A stretch of DNA of 64,000 nt from Sphaerobacteraceae bacterium. Lineage in GTDB: Bacteria > Chloroflexota > Chloroflexia > Thermomicrobiales > UBA6265. Below the pieces are notes generated by a model. The model did not search any database, was not told the origin of the DNA, and saw only the letters and a list, made by a program, of their open reading frames with translations. Where the stretch lies: assembly GCA_016781925.1 (NCBI GenBank), contig JADDPH010000091.1, positions 33,017 through 97,016 on the forward strand, given 5' to 3'. This document shows positions 40,046-51,991 of the stretch, in pieces. Within the stretch, counting starts at the first letter, position 1. The number at the start of each line of letters is the position of its first letter. A program made the translations under genes and the position numbers.

Positions 40046-41019
40046 TCAAAAGACGAATGCGTAGTCGGCGTGGCGCCCTGCCCACTGAAGTACTCTCGGG
40101 TGGCGGCTTCGTCTCGGACGAGCTGGGCCACGAGCGCATTCAGCCCTTCAAAGGTGGCGTCCTCCCGTAGTCGCTGGAGGAGGTCAACGTTGAGCGGCCG
40201 ACCGTAGAGGTCATCATCAAAATCGAGGAGGTGAGTTTCGACGAGCCGTGCGCCCGTGTTGACCGTCGGCCTCGTTCCGACATAGGTCATCGCGGGGTGG
40301 TCGGTGACGACATTCGGGATCGTCGTGCGACTCGCGTAAATGCCATCCGCGAGGGGCACCAGTTCTGGAGCAGGTTGAACGTTGGCCGTGGGATACCCGA
40401 TCGTGCGTCCGAGGTGGGCGCCGTGGATGACCGGGCCGGTAACACGAAAAGGCCGGCCAAGCAGTCGCTCCGCAAACGCGACATCTCCCTCCTGAACCGC
40501 TCGCCGGATGGCGCTACTACTTACGATGCCGCCGTCGTCCGCGAGTCTCTTCACGGCATGGACATTGAACCCAAGACGGGCTCCGATCTCCTGTAACCGG
40601 GGAAGATCGCCAGACCGGTTACGACCGAGCGCGAAGGCTTCGCCGACCCACAGCTCTATCGGCTGAGCGCACCGGTGCATCTCCTCCAAAAAGGCTTCAG
40701 GCGACAGCTCCGAGAGGCTCCGGCTGAAGGCCAGGGTCGTGATTTCGTCCAGTCCCGCTATCGCCAAACGCTGGATTTTCTCCTCCGCCGAGCAGATTCG
40801 ACCCGGGAACGCATCCGGGCGAAGGACCATGGCCGGGATTGGCTCGAAGGTGACAGCCATCGCCAGGACATCCAGCGCCCGTGCCCGCTTGACCGTTTCG
40901 GCCAGTAGGAAGCGGTGACCGAGGTGCACCCCGTCGAATGTGCCGATCGTGATCACCCGCGGGCGCGGGTCCACCCCTTCCCAGTTCCGATACCGCTTCG
41001 GCTTCGCCAGGGCGCTCAA
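40042..41019 (-). CDS. ribF: Bifunctional riboflavin kinase/FAD synthetase
   Basis: IGTFDGVHLGH, SSSAIR, GRTIGYPTAN, GTRPTV, ETHLLDF. Confidence 0.96.
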   Translation of the reverse strand: MSALAKPKRYRNWEGVDPRPRVITIGTFDGVHLGHRFLLAETVKRARALDVLAMAVTFEPIPAMVLRPDAFPGRICSAEEKIQRLAIAGLDEITTLAFSRSLSELSPEAFLEEMHRCAQPIELWVGEAFALGRNRSGDLPRLQEIGARLGFNVHAVKRLADDGGIVSSSAIRRAVQEGDVAFAERLLGRPFRVTGPVIHGAHLGRTIGYPTANVQPAPELVPLADGIYASRTTIPNVVTDHPAMTYVGTRPTVNTGARLVETHLLDFDDDLYGRPLNVDLLQRLREDATFEGLNALVAQLVRDEAATREYFSGQGATPTTHSSFD

Positions 41020-41927
41020 GGAGCCACCGCCGTTACCTTAGTTGGACGCCAGGCCTGTGTCTCGGGGTGCCCAGCCCCGACCCCAAGCCACTCCCCCTCC
41101 TCGTCATACACCCGGCAGCGTTCTTCCATTCGCAGCGCGGCTACTGCGTTGCCCCGGCTCCAGTCATTTGCCCCGGCGTCGTTCAGGATCAACGCCGGCC
41201 ACTCGTCCAACACGACATCCGGATGGAGGGCTACCTCAGCCCAGACGGACGCCAAGTCCAACCCAGCCAACTCCTGCAGGGTCCAGGCCTGGCAAAGCGT
41301 GAAGACACCCGCTTTCATCCGTACAAGTGCAGACAGGTGGGCGCCAACGCCGAGAGCGACTCCCAGGTCCTGTGCTAACGACCGCACATAGGTTCCTTTT
41401 GAACACTCAACGTAAACCGTGACCGTGGGCGGGTCCCAGGCCAGGACATCAAGCTGGTGAAAGACGACGGGACGAGCAGGGCGGTCAACCGTCTTTCCCT
41501 GGCGGGCCTCCTCATAAAGGCGTCGGCCGCCGACGCGCACTGCGGAGTACATAGGCGGCACTTGCCGCTGCGAGCCAAGAAACGCTTGCAGGACGCGAGC
41601 GACCTCAGTTAGGTCAAGCGCTGAAGGATCCTTCACCCCGGTGACCTGCCCGTCGGCGTCGAACGTATCGGTCTCGACGCCGAAGGTGATCTCGGCAACG
41701 TAGCTCTTGGCAGCGTCACTGACAAACTCGAGGACCCGCGTGGCTGACCCTACCGCCACCGGCAACACGCCAGTAGCGGCCGGATCCAAGGTGCCGGCGT
41801 GCCCGACCCGCCGCTCCCCGGTGAGGCGCCGGATCCGGCCCACCACATCATGGCTCGTCCACCCGGCAGGTTTGTCCACGACAAGGAATCCGTGGAAGCG
41901 CCCGCCGGAGCGGGATCTGTTCGTCAC
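41016..41927 (-). CDS. truB: tRNA pseudouridine(55) synthase
   Basis: VDKPAGWTSHDVV, GHAGTLDPAATGVL, QVPPMYSAV, CSKGTYVRSL; start probably GTG 41927. Confidence 0.96.
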   Translation of the reverse strand: MTNRSRSGGRFHGFLVVDKPAGWTSHDVVGRIRRLTGERRVGHAGTLDPAATGVLPVAVGSATRVLEFVSDAAKSYVAEITFGVETDTFDADGQVTGVKDPSALDLTEVARVLQAFLGSQRQVPPMYSAVRVGGRRLYEEARQGKTVDRPARPVVFHQLDVLAWDPPTVTVYVECSKGTYVRSLAQDLGVALGVGAHLSALVRMKAGVFTLCQAWTLQELAGLDLASVWAEVALHPDVVLDEWPALILNDAGANDWSRGNAVAALRMEERCRVYDEEGEWLGVGAGHPETQAWRPTKVTAVAP

Positions 41928-41931
41928 GGGC

Positions 41932-42951
41932 CTACGCGGTTCCGACGTTACTGGTTGAGGCGCGCTCGTTGACCTCACGGAGGAACGCCATCTTTTCCTC
42001 CTCGCCCCCCGTCACCTGACACCCGGCCGCTCGCGGATGTCCTCCCCCACCGAAGACTTTTGCAATCTCGGCGACATCCACGTCCTCGTTCAAGCTCCGG
42101 AGGCTCACACGCCAGCCATCCTTATTCGAGAACAAGATCGCGGCCACAAGTGACCCCTCCGTCCCCGCCAGAAAGTTGACCAGGCCCTCGGCTTCGCTCG
42201 CCTCGGCTCCGCAGTCAGCCAGGATGTCCTGGGTCAACTCCGCCCAGATGACAGAACCGGTCCACTGCACGTTGGTCAATGCACGCTGCCAGAGGCAGAC
42301 GGTGGTGCGGGGCTTGAGACGGAAAAGGGCGTCCACAATGGGCGCTGGATTCGCGCCAGCGTCAACGAGATCTGCCGCCGTTCGCATCGTTCTCGCCGTA
42401 GTCGCCGGCGTTCGCAGGCCCAGCGTGTCACCGTAGATACCCGCGAGTAAGCTTTGCGCGATCGAGAGGGTGAGTTCGGTGCCCCAGACTCGAAGGATCT
42501 CAGCCACGATCTCCGCCGTTGCCGCGGCGCGGGGCTCGACGATGTTGACCAGGCCGAATCGATCGTTGGTGACGTGGTGATCAATGTTGACAATCGGAAT
42601 CGTGCCATCCACCCGGCTCGGGTCGTCAGCATAAAAGCGCCCGAGACGACGCCTATCGGAGCAGTCCGACAGGCAGAGGACATCGTACTCCGGCAAGGGA
42701 TCAACACCGTAGGCTAGGACCCGGTCGACCTCGGGCAGGAAACGCAGACTCGGAGGCAACGCCCCGTCGCTGAGTACTGGGACCGCCCGCACCCCAAGCT
42801 GGGCGAGCGCACTCGCGATCGCGAGTGGGGAGGCGAGACCGTCAGCATCCACGTTTTGATGCGTCGGCATGAGGACGGTTCGGGCCGTCTTAAGCGTGCG
42901 AAGCGCTTCCTCGGCCGCTGGGACATCCAGCCGCCAACTCGCCTGGCTCAC
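41932..42951 (-). CDS. DHH/DHHA1 phosphoesterase (NrnA-like)
   Basis: HQNVDADG, NIDHH, GIYGDT, SLRS, GGGGHPRAAG. Confidence 0.92.
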   Translation of the reverse strand: MSQASWRLDVPAAEEALRTLKTARTVLMPTHQNVDADGLASPLAIASALAQLGVRAVPVLSDGALPPSLRFLPEVDRVLAYGVDPLPEYDVLCLSDCSDRRRLGRFYADDPSRVDGTIPIVNIDHHVTNDRFGLVNIVEPRAAATAEIVAEILRVWGTELTLSIAQSLLAGIYGDTLGLRTPATTARTMRTAADLVDAGANPAPIVDALFRLKPRTTVCLWQRALTNVQWTGSVIWAELTQDILADCGAEASEAEGLVNFLAGTEGSLVAAILFSNKDGWRVSLRSLNEDVDVAEIAKVFGGGGHPRAAGCQVTGGEEEKMAFLREVNERASTSNVGTA

Positions 42952-43331
42952 TCCCCCATTTCCTGAGGCTCGGTCTTTGAGTTCCTCGGTCCCGCCTCGT
43001 CCAGCTCTCGAAGCGCCCGGGCGATCTGGTCGGCATGCTCCATGGAGCGGTCGTCTCGGAACTCCAACTCAGGAATCTGACGCATCCGCAGGCGAGGCCT
43101 GAGGTGGTGACGGATGAATCCCGCCGCAGAGCGCAACGCCGTCAGCGTAGCCTCCCGCTCATCATCGCTTCCCAGGACACTGACATAGACACGGGCGGAG
43201 CGCAGATCCGCAGGTACCTCGACCCGCGTCACGCTCATAAACCCAATGCGTGGGTCCTTGACCTCTCGCCGGATGATATCAGTCAGTTCCTCGCGAAGGA
43301 ACTCTCCGACCTGCTCGGTACGTCTGCTCAT
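42948..43331 (-). CDS. rbfA: Ribosome-binding factor A
   Basis: EVKDPRIG, DLRSARVYVSVLG, MRQIPELEF. Confidence 0.96.
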   Translation of the reverse strand: MSRRTEQVGEFLREELTDIIRREVKDPRIGFMSVTRVEVPADLRSARVYVSVLGSDDEREATLTALRSAAGFIRHHLRPRLRMRQIPELEFRDDRSMEHADQIARALRELDEAGPRNSKTEPQEMGE

Positions 43332-43408
43332 GCTCCCCTGCCCTTCGGACCGAGCCCCGAAGGCCGGTGCAGCGCGCAACGGCACCACACCAGTCCTTCG
43401 ATGCGACG

Positions 43409-45316
43409 CTATGCCGTCCGGGCCATTTCCTCCCGGTGGTAGAACTCGATCTGGTCGCCCACCTGAAGGTCATTGAAGTTGTCCAGGCCAAGGCCACACT
43501 CGTAGCCGGCCGCCACTTCACGAACATCGTCTTTGAACCGCTTGAGGGATTTGATTCCGCCCTCGTTCAACACGGTCCCGCTTCGCAGCACCCGCGCCTT
43601 TGAGTTACGCGTGATCTTGCCATCCAGGACGTAGAGGCCGGCCACGACATCGCCCCCGGGAAGCTTGAAGGTGTCGCGAACCTCCGCGTACCCGTCCGTC
43701 ACATCCTGGAAGACCGGCGCAAGCAGACCAGTCATCGCCTGCCGCACCTCGTCGAGCAAGTTGTAAATGATGTTGTAGAACCGGATGTCGACCTGAGCCG
43801 CATCAGCGGCTCGTTTCGCCGCCACGTCGGGACGAACATTGAAGCCGATGATGATGCTCCGCGTCGCAGACGCCAAGCTCACGTCCGACTCGGTAATCGC
43901 CCCGGTCCCAGCGAACTGAATCGCCAACTGAACCGACTGATCCGTATCGTCATTCAACTTGAGCAAGGCATTCTGGATCGCCCCGAGCGAACCCTGGACA
44001 TCTGCCTTCAGGATGACCCGGAACTCAGCCGCCGTGCCGGCCTGCACTTGGTTATAGAGATCCGTCAGCTTGACCGGACGATCCCCGATCAGCGCGTCTA
44101 CCCGGCGCTGAGCCTGACGCTGCTCGGCCAGGGCGCGGGCAACCTTCTCATCATCGAAAACCTGGAATGTGTCACCGGCCTGGGGAACGTCAAGCAATCC
44201 CAGGATCTCGACCGGAGTGCTCGGCTCCGCCCGCCGAATCCGCTTGCCGCGATCGTCGAACATCGCCTTGATTCGACCCCAGGTCGCGCCCGCGACAACG
44301 ACATCCCGCAGGTTCATGGTGCCACTCTGCACCATGACCGTGGCCAGCGGCCCGCGGCTTCGATCCACCTTCGCCTCGATGACGACGCCGTTTGCCGGCT
44401 TGTGCGGGTTGGCTCGGAGCTCGTTGACATCTGCGACCAGCAGGATGACTTCGAGCAGGTCGTCAAGGCCGAGTTTCTCGCGGGCCGAGACCTCGACCAC
44501 GGGAACGTCGCCGCCCCATTCCTCGGGGAGGACGTTGTTCTCGCTGAGCTGCTGCTTCACCCGCTCGGGATTTGCCGCCGGTAAGTCGACCTTATTGATC
44601 GCGACAACCATGGGGACGTTCGCCGACCGGATGTGAGCAATCGCCTCTCTCGTCGTGGGCATGACGCCATCGTCCGCCGCCACCACCAGGACCGCGATAT
44701 CAGTCGCCTGGGCACCCCGTGCCCGCATCGCCGTGAAGGCCTCATGGCCGGGCGTGTCGAGGAATGTGACCTTGCGGCCTTGCGTTTCGATTTGGTAGGC
44801 ACCGATGTGCTGGGTGATTCCGCCCGCTTCACCTTCGGCAACATTCGCGGATCGGACCGCATCCAGCAACTTGGTCTTGCCGTGATCGACGTGCCCCATG
44901 ATCGTGACGACGGGCGGACGGGGTACGGCATCCTCGTCAGTCGCCGCCTCGGCGCGCCGGCTCTCGAAGTCAGCCGTCGCCTGCTGAACAACTTCCGAGA
45001 CCTGCTCGTTGGTCTCCCAACCGAGGGACTCGGCGACCCTGGCGGCCGTATCGTAGTCAATCTGCTGGTTCAAATTGGCCATGATTCCGAGCTTCATCAA
45101 CTCCTTGATGATCTCGACCCCGGTGGTTTGGAGCAGATCTGCCGCCTCTGCCACCGACATGACCGACGGCATGGTCACCGGCTCCCGTTCAATCGGCTGC
45201 GCACGGCGGACCGCGACGGTCCGCGCCGCTCCGGCGCGACCACCCTTGCCCCGGCCCCGACCACCCGGTCCGCCCCGTCCGGCACCGCCACGTCTGCCCT
45301 GAAATGTGTTGGTCAT
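43409..45316 (-). CDS. infB: Translation initiation factor IF-2
   Basis: [46 protein letters not shown]; start ATG 45316 after AAAGGA. Confidence 0.98.
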   Translation of the reverse strand: MTNTFQGRRGGAGRGGPGGRGRGKGGRAGAARTVAVRRAQPIEREPVTMPSVMSVAEAADLLQTTGVEIIKELMKLGIMANLNQQIDYDTAARVAESLGWETNEQVSEVVQQATADFESRRAEAATDEDAVPRPPVVTIMGHVDHGKTKLLDAVRSANVAEGEAGGITQHIGAYQIETQGRKVTFLDTPGHEAFTAMRARGAQATDIAVLVVAADDGVMPTTREAIAHIRSANVPMVVAINKVDLPAANPERVKQQLSENNVLPEEWGGDVPVVEVSAREKLGLDDLLEVILLVADVNELRANPHKPANGVVIEAKVDRSRGPLATVMVQSGTMNLRDVVVAGATWGRIKAMFDDRGKRIRRAEPSTPVEILGLLDVPQAGDTFQVFDDEKVARALAEQRQAQRRVDALIGDRPVKLTDLYNQVQAGTAAEFRVILKADVQGSLGAIQNALLKLNDDTDQSVQLAIQFAGTGAITESDVSLASATRSIIIGFNVRPDVAAKRAADAAQVDIRFYNIIYNLLDEVRQAMTGLLAPVFQDVTDGYAEVRDTFKLPGGDVVAGLYVLDGKITRNSKARVLRSGTVLNEGGIKSLKRFKDDVREVAAGYECGLGLDNFNDLQVGDQIEFYHREEMARTA

Positions 45317-45320
45317 GCGC

Positions 45321-45692
45321 CTATCCTTTCGTTGGCTCCGCCGCCGTCGCCTGCGCTTCCCCATCCGAGGATGTCGCCAAGCCGGCCGCGTAGTGCCGAA
45401 GACGCTCTAGTGTCTCCGGCATCATCGTTGTGTTTAGTGCCCGGGCGAGCGCGTCGCTCTTGAGAGCCCGTTCCCAGCAGCCTAGACGATCGCACAGGTA
45501 AGCGCCGCGGCCATTCCGCTTGCCGGATGGGTCAATCTCCACCGATCCTTCCGGGGTGCGGACGACGCGGATCAGTGCCCGCTTTGCCTCACGCTCGCGG
45601 CAGGCGACGCACATCCGCTGGGGCACGTGTTTCGGTCGATGTCCTGCCCCACCGGCCCTGGCCCTCCCGGAAGCGGGGGTCGCGGCCTTCAC
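45321..45692 (-). CDS. ylxR: YlxR/RnpM family RNA-binding protein
   Basis: PQRMCVACR, LIRVVR, GRGAYLC; lies between nusA and infB. Confidence 0.92.
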   Translation of the reverse strand: MKAATPASGRARAGGAGHRPKHVPQRMCVACREREAKRALIRVVRTPEGSVEIDPSGKRNGRGAYLCDRLGCWERALKSDALARALNTTMMPETLERLRHYAAGLATSSDGEAQATAAEPTKG

Positions 45693-45693
45693 C

Positions 45694-47037
45694 CTAGCCC
45701 TCCGCTGCAGCGCCAGCTACCCTCGCGGGAACGCCGATGTCATCTAACGGCAACTCATCGCCCGTGGCGACGTCATACCGCACCCGCAGCTCCCGGTTGT
45801 AGTAAACCTCCAGCGCGGAATCACGGATGTCCACATCGACGCTCATCCCAATGAGGTCGGCCGTCAGGGGTCCGAACGAGCGGTCGCGGACGTTGATCGT
45901 GCCGTCCGGGCGAACCAAGCGCGGCTGGCGACCCTGCCACCCCAGGTCGTCCGGACCCTCCGCCAGCGCTGCCCGCGCCTGACGGAGGAGGGCCCCGTCT
46001 TGCTCAAGGAGCGATTCCGGATCCTTGATATCGATGCGCCATCCCGTCAGCTTGAAGGCAAGGCGGGCGTTCTGCCCTTCCTTGCCAATCGCGAGGGACA
46101 TCTGGTCCGTAGGCACAATCACGGTCGCCACGCGGTTCAACTCGTCCAGCGACACGTTGGTCGGCTTGGCGGGGCTTAGAGCGTTGGCGATGAAGGTTGC
46201 GCTGTCGGCGGACCACTCGATGACGTCGATCTTCTCCCCGTACAGCTCGTTGACGATATTTTGGATTCGCACGCCGCGAACCCCTACACAGGAGCCGACC
46301 GGGTCGACTTTCTCCTGCCGAGCCGTCACCGCCACCTTGGAACGGAGGCCTGGTTCCCGGGCCACCTCCATGATCTCCACGGCTCCGCTGAAGATCTCCG
46401 GGACCTCCATCTCAAAGAGTCGCCGGATGAGATTTGGGTGAGAGCGGGAGACGATGAGCTGTGGTCCTCGCGGATCGCGGTTGACTTCAACCAGCAGCAC
46501 CTTTAGGCGCTGCCCCGGGCGGTATCGCTCCGTCGACACCTGCTCGCGCGCCGGCATGACCGCCTCGGCCTTGCCAAGCTCCACGATCACCGCCCGTGAA
46601 TCAGCTCGCTGGACGGTCCCATTGAGGACCTCGCCCTGGCGATCCTGATACTCGTCGAACACAGTGTCGCGCTCGTAGTCCCGGATACGCTGAAGCACGA
46701 CTTGTTTCGCGGTCTGTGCCGCGATGCGGCCGAAGTTATCCGGCGTCCGCTCGATGCGGATCACGTCGCCCACCTGCACCCCGGGCGCGATTCCGACCGC
46801 CTCCGAGAGCAGGATGTCGTTGGTTGCGTCCTCGATCTCCGGCACGACGCGCTTGTGGACGTACACGCGCATCGCGCCCGTCCCCGTCTCAATGTCGACA
46901 GAGACCTCCTCTTCGGAGTTCGCCATCTTCTTGTAGACCGTCTTGAGGGCGTGCTCGACGGATGACAGCACCGCTTCCCGCGGAATTCCCCGCTCAGCGG
47001 CGATCTGGGCGATCGCGGTGTAGAAGTCGCTCTTCAC
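45694..47037 (-). CDS. nusA: Transcription factor NusA with extra C-terminal domain
   Basis: [59 protein letters not shown], then about 100 extra residues. Confidence 0.97.
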   Translation of the reverse strand: MKSDFYTAIAQIAAERGIPREAVLSSVEHALKTVYKKMANSEEEVSVDIETGTGAMRVYVHKRVVPEIEDATNDILLSEAVGIAPGVQVGDVIRIERTPDNFGRIAAQTAKQVVLQRIRDYERDTVFDEYQDRQGEVLNGTVQRADSRAVIVELGKAEAVMPAREQVSTERYRPGQRLKVLLVEVNRDPRGPQLIVSRSHPNLIRRLFEMEVPEIFSGAVEIMEVAREPGLRSKVAVTARQEKVDPVGSCVGVRGVRIQNIVNELYGEKIDVIEWSADSATFIANALSPAKPTNVSLDELNRVATVIVPTDQMSLAIGKEGQNARLAFKLTGWRIDIKDPESLLEQDGALLRQARAALAEGPDDLGWQGRQPRLVRPDGTINVRDRSFGPLTADLIGMSVDVDIRDSALEVYYNRELRVRYDVATGDELPLDDIGVPARVAGAAAEG

Positions 47038-47118
47038 CCGCGCTCCTCCTTCTTGAGTTGGTATGGCGTCGGTGCGCGTCGCGGAGCCGGCGGATCAGCC
47101 GTCGCTCCCGTCCCCGAG

Positions 47119-47152
47119 GACAACAAAGAACGTGGGCTGTGGACCCACGTTC
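47119..47152 (-). terminator. rimP-leader-type attenuator hairpin upstream of nusA
   Basis: Minus strand GAACGTGGG-tccacag-CCCACGTTC-TTTGTTGT. Confidence 0.65.
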
Positions 47153-47178
47153 CCGCAGAGCTTGGTTCCGCGTTTGGG

Positions 47179-47208
47179 AGTATACCATTGTATACAAACC
47201 CCGTTCAA
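47179..47208 (-). promoter_or_regulatory. Promoter of nusA operon
   Basis: Minus strand TTGAAC-18 nt-TATACT with TGn; the spacer contains the palindrome TTGTATACAA. Confidence 0.65.
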
Positions 47209-47303
47209 GGATCGCCGACCGGGGCCACCTGTAAGCCAGTGCTATACTCGCGGCTCGGCCGTGGGTGTCCGGTGGGCGGGGGACCCGCGGTACGGGAGGG
47301 GGA

Positions 47304-48701
47304 ATGGACTGGCGAACCTGGCTTCGGCCCGGCATGCTCATCAAGCGCTGGATCGCGTTGTTTATTCTCAGCATGGTGCTGACGAGCCTCGGCCTCGCAA
47401 TGGGCCTGGCCTGGATCTATCGAAACTACGACTTCCCAGCGGGCGCGACCCAACTCGTGCGGGCCTTGACCCTCCAATTCATCCCACACCCGTACCGTGA
47501 ACTGCTCATCGTCCCGGTTGGTATCGGGTTCCTGGGTTTCTCGTTCTGGCGCCTCAGCAACTCCCTGATCGCGCCGCTCATGGCGAGGTCGGCTCAGGGG
47601 CAACACCTGGCGCAAATCGTGGCCGAGCATCGCTTCGGGCCGTCTCGCCCCGCCTTCAATGTCGTGGCCATCGGTGGAGGAACCGGGCTCTCCACGCTCC
47701 TCCGAGGCCTCAAACATCAGGATCTCGGTATCACTGCCATCGTCACCGTTGCGGATGATGGGGGCAGTACCGGTCGCATCCGGGAAGAGTTCAATATGCC
47801 CGCGCCGGGCGACATCCGGAACTGCATTGTCGCCCTGGCAGACGCCGAATCGACAGTGGGCAGGCTCTTCCAGTATCGATTCGACCAGGAGGGCTCCGTC
47901 CTCGCCGGCCATTCGTTCGGCAACCTCTTCATCACCGCGCTCACCCAGGTCACCGGGAGTTTCGAGCAGGCGGTCATCGAGTCGGCACGGGTCCTCGCGG
48001 TCCGGGGTCGGGTCCTCCCGGCGACGCTGGAAAACGTGACCCTCTGCGCCGAATTGGTTGACGGAAGCACGGTCAAGGGCGAATCCACGATTTCGAGAAA
48101 GAAGCCGCCGATCAAGCGGGTCTACTTGCAGCCCGAGAACCCGGACGGGTACGAGCCGGCGCTGAGTGCCATCCTCAACGCGGATCTCATCGTCCTCGGA
48201 CCGGGCAGCCTCTATACAAGTGTGCTGCCCAACCTGATGGTTGCCGGTGTTGCTCAGGCCATTCGGTGGTCCGCTGGCAAAGTGGTGTACGTCTGCAACG
48301 TCGCGACGCAGCCGGGTGAAACAGACCACTTTGGAGCCGCCGATCACATTCGTGCCATCGTGGATCACATCGGTGACGGCGTCCTTGATTACGCCTTGGT
48401 GAACAGTAACGCTGGGCCGGCCAGTAACATCCGCCCGGAGTGGCGGGTCGATCCGGTAGGGTTCGACAGCTTACGCGGCATCGGTCGCAAGGTCCGTGTG
48501 ATCGCCCGCGACGTGGTCAATGACCACAATCCACTTCGGCACGACCCAGACAAACTTGCTCAGGCCCTGCTCGAGATCGGCCGCATGGAGACCGGTCCCG
48601 AGGAAGCCGTCGAGGTGACGTGGGAGCCGAGCCAGGAACACGAGGTCGAGGCTGTCGTCGCTGCGAATGGGCTCGTCCCAACGGGCGGAACGAGGGAGTA
48701 A
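47304..48701 (+). CDS. yvcK: YvcK/GlmR family protein with N-terminal TM segments
   Basis: IGGGTGLS.LLRGLK, TVADDGGSTG, PGDIRNC, GHSFGNL, GPGSLYTSV.PNL, QPGETD, RHDP. Confidence 0.93.
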   Translation: MDWRTWLRPGMLIKRWIALFILSMVLTSLGLAMGLAWIYRNYDFPAGATQLVRALTLQFIPHPYRELLIVPVGIGFLGFSFWRLSNSLIAPLMARSAQGQHLAQIVAEHRFGPSRPAFNVVAIGGGTGLSTLLRGLKHQDLGITAIVTVADDGGSTGRIREEFNMPAPGDIRNCIVALADAESTVGRLFQYRFDQEGSVLAGHSFGNLFITALTQVTGSFEQAVIESARVLAVRGRVLPATLENVTLCAELVDGSTVKGESTISRKKPPIKRVYLQPENPDGYEPALSAILNADLIVLGPGSLYTSVLPNLMVAGVAQAIRWSAGKVVYVCNVATQPGETDHFGAADHIRAIVDHIGDGVLDYALVNSNAGPASNIRPEWRVDPVGFDSLRGIGRKVRVIARDVVNDHNPLRHDPDKLAQALLEIGRMETGPEEAVEVTWEPSQEHEVEAVVAANGLVPTGGTRE

Positions 48702-49742
<1,041 letters not shown>

Positions 49743-49813
49743 GGACGTGCTTTATCGGAGATGCGAGACACAGAGACCGCCGGGTGGCCGTCGACCTTGG
49801 GGCGGGTGACACA

Positions 49814-51004
49814 GTGACGAAGCTTCGCTCTCTTCATGACGCTGACGTGGCTGGCAAGCGGGTCCTCCTCCGCGTCGACTTCAACGTCCCAATCGTTGAC
49901 GGGCGAGTCGGGGACGACACCCGGATGCGCGCTTCCCTCCCGACGATCCAGTTCATCCTCGATCACGGCGCCTCCATTGTTCTCGTCAGCCATCTCGGAC
50001 GGCCGAAAGGCCAGCCACGGGATGAATTGCGTCTGGCGCCAGTGGCCGCTCACCTCTCCTCTATGCTCAGCCGCCCCGTCAGGTACGCACCGGACGTCGT
50101 GGGGCCGGAAGCGCAGCACTTGGCGTCGGCCCTGCAACCGGGAGATCTTCTCCTGGTCGAGAACGTTCGCTTCGAGGCCGGGGAGGAACGGAACGACCCT
50201 GACTTCGCGCGTGCCCTCGGTAAGCTCGGAGACATCTTCGTCAACGATGCCTTCGGCACCGCGCATCGCGCCCACGCATCCACGGTCGGCGTTGCCATGC
50301 TGCTCCCGGCGCATGCCGGATTCTTGATGGAGCGGGAGCTTGAAATCCTCCAGCGCCTCCTTGAGCGGCCAGAACGCCCGTTCGTCGCCATCCTTGGTGG
50401 GGCCAAGGTCTCCGACAAACTTGGGGTTATGGTGCACCTGCTCGACCGGGTCGACGGGCTTCTCGTCGGTGGCGGAATGGCTAACACCTTCTTGCTCGCC
50501 CAAGGACTCAATGTGGGTGCGTCGCTTGCCGAGCGAGACCTTCAGGACCAAGCGCGGGACATCCTCTCTCAGGCTGCGGCGAAGGGCGTCGAGGTGGTGC
50601 TGCCCGTTGACGTGGTGGTGGCTCCGAGCCTCGAAGCGGAGGGAGCAGTGCGTGTGACTGCCTCCGTCCCGCCAGACCAGGGGATTTTTGACATCGGACC
50701 GGCCACGGCTGAACGATTTGGGGGCTACATCGAGCGGGCCGCAACCGTGTTCTGGAACGGACCGATGGGCGTGTTTGAACGTCCCTCCTTCGCAGGGGGC
50801 ACACAAGCGGTTGCCCGAGCCGTCGCGACAACGCAGGCCACAACGGTGGTGGGCGGCGGGGACTCAATTGCGGCAATTGAGCAGCTCCGGCTCGCCGATC
50901 ACATCGATCACGTCTCTACCGGCGGTGGCGCCTCGCTAGAGTTGCTCGAGGGAAAAGAACTCCCTGGCGTTGCGGTGCTTCTAGAATCCTCGTCATCCTC
51001 ATGA
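49814..51004 (+). CDS. pgk: Phosphoglycerate kinase
   Basis: [53 protein letters not shown]. Confidence 0.98.
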   Translation: MTKLRSLHDADVAGKRVLLRVDFNVPIVDGRVGDDTRMRASLPTIQFILDHGASIVLVSHLGRPKGQPRDELRLAPVAAHLSSMLSRPVRYAPDVVGPEAQHLASALQPGDLLLVENVRFEAGEERNDPDFARALGKLGDIFVNDAFGTAHRAHASTVGVAMLLPAHAGFLMERELEILQRLLERPERPFVAILGGAKVSDKLGVMVHLLDRVDGLLVGGGMANTFLLAQGLNVGASLAERDLQDQARDILSQAAAKGVEVVLPVDVVVAPSLEAEGAVRVTASVPPDQGIFDIGPATAERFGGYIERAATVFWNGPMGVFERPSFAGGTQAVARAVATTQATTVVGGGDSIAAIEQLRLADHIDHVSTGGGASLELLEGKELPGVAVLLESSSSS

Positions 51005-51167
51005 GGACAGGTTGAACGCCTGAGCGATGACAACGGAGTTCCCTTCCTGAAACGCCGCGACGGCCGCCAGCCTCCTAGCATTGCCGGCAAGGAAGGCGGG
51101 TGGTAGTGTTTCCGAACACGGCGGCGACGAGGGTCGCGAGCGACGATAAGACGAGGGTAAGGGACCC

Positions 51168-51392
51168 GTGAACACGGCCATTGATCTGGTGATGCTCATC
51201 GTCTCAATTACGCTCATTCTGGTCATTCTGCTTCAGACCAAGGGGTCATCTTTCAGCGGAGCCTTCGGCGGAGATTCCGGCTCCATCTACCGGACCCGGC
51301 GCGGGGTCGAGAAGACGCTGTTCCAGTTCACTGTCGGACTGGCAGTGGTGTTCCTCATCATCGCGATCATCACCAGCATCGTCAGCGGCTAA
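51168..51392 (+). CDS. secG: Preprotein translocase subunit SecG
   Basis: LILVILLQTKG..SGAFGG...RRGVEKTL, two TM segments. Confidence 0.92.
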   Translation: MNTAIDLVMLIVSITLILVILLQTKGSSFSGAFGGDSGSIYRTRRGVEKTLFQFTVGLAVVFLIIAIITSIVSG

Positions 51393-51509
51393 GCTCGAGG
51401 CATCCTCGCGCACGCGCATTGCCGAGGGTTGACCGGCTGGCTATACTCGAACGGATCGCAGGCAATCACAAACGGCTTCGGGCGGAGCCGAGGCAGGAGG
51501 GTGACGAAC

Positions 51510-51743
51510 ATGGCCGGTCTCGGTTGGCAGGAACTGACCATCATTCTCGTGATCGTGATCATTATCTTTGGTGCCGGGAAGCTGCCGGAGATCGGCGGGG
51601 CCCTCGGTAAGGGCATCAAGGAGTTCAAGACCCAGTCGGGCGACGAGGAGGGCGCGCTCTCTTCTGGCACGACCACCACCGCCACCCGCCGCGACGAGCC
51701 CAAGGTCATCGAGAAGCGTGAGATTCGCGCCGACGAGATCTAG
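51510..51743 (+). CDS. tatA: Twin-arginine translocase TatA/E
   Basis: [37 protein letters not shown]. Confidence 0.95.
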   Translation: MAGLGWQELTIILVIVIIIFGAGKLPEIGGALGKGIKEFKTQSGDEEGALSSGTTTTATRRDEPKVIEKREIRADEI

Positions 51744-51775
51744 CTCTATCGGCAACGCAAGAGCGGGCTGAGCTT

Positions 51776-51814
51776 CAGAGCGGGACGCCCAGAGCGTCCC
51801 GCTCTGCTTTTATT
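51776..51814 (+). terminator. Rho-independent terminator after tatA
   Basis: CAGAGCGGGACGC-ccaga-GCGTCCCGCTCTG-CTTTTATT. Confidence 0.8.
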
Positions 51815-51991
51815 ACGGCTGCCGTCGGAGAACTTGCCACTCAAGGCACGCAGGCTGTGAAGCCAGCGTGAGTGGATCGTGTTGTAGGGTCGGTCCATCG
51901 GCGACGTTTCCGCTCCTTGTTGAGTTTGCCGCGGCTGAGTAAGATCGGTCGTCAAACCGGGATGATGGCGACCATGGCTTCCGGGGGGCGG

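Noticed and set aside
45775-45925. IS remnant inserted in nusA
   Set aside because: No terminal repeats, DDE residues or frame disruption; the segment is in frame, so it is treated as a fused domain.
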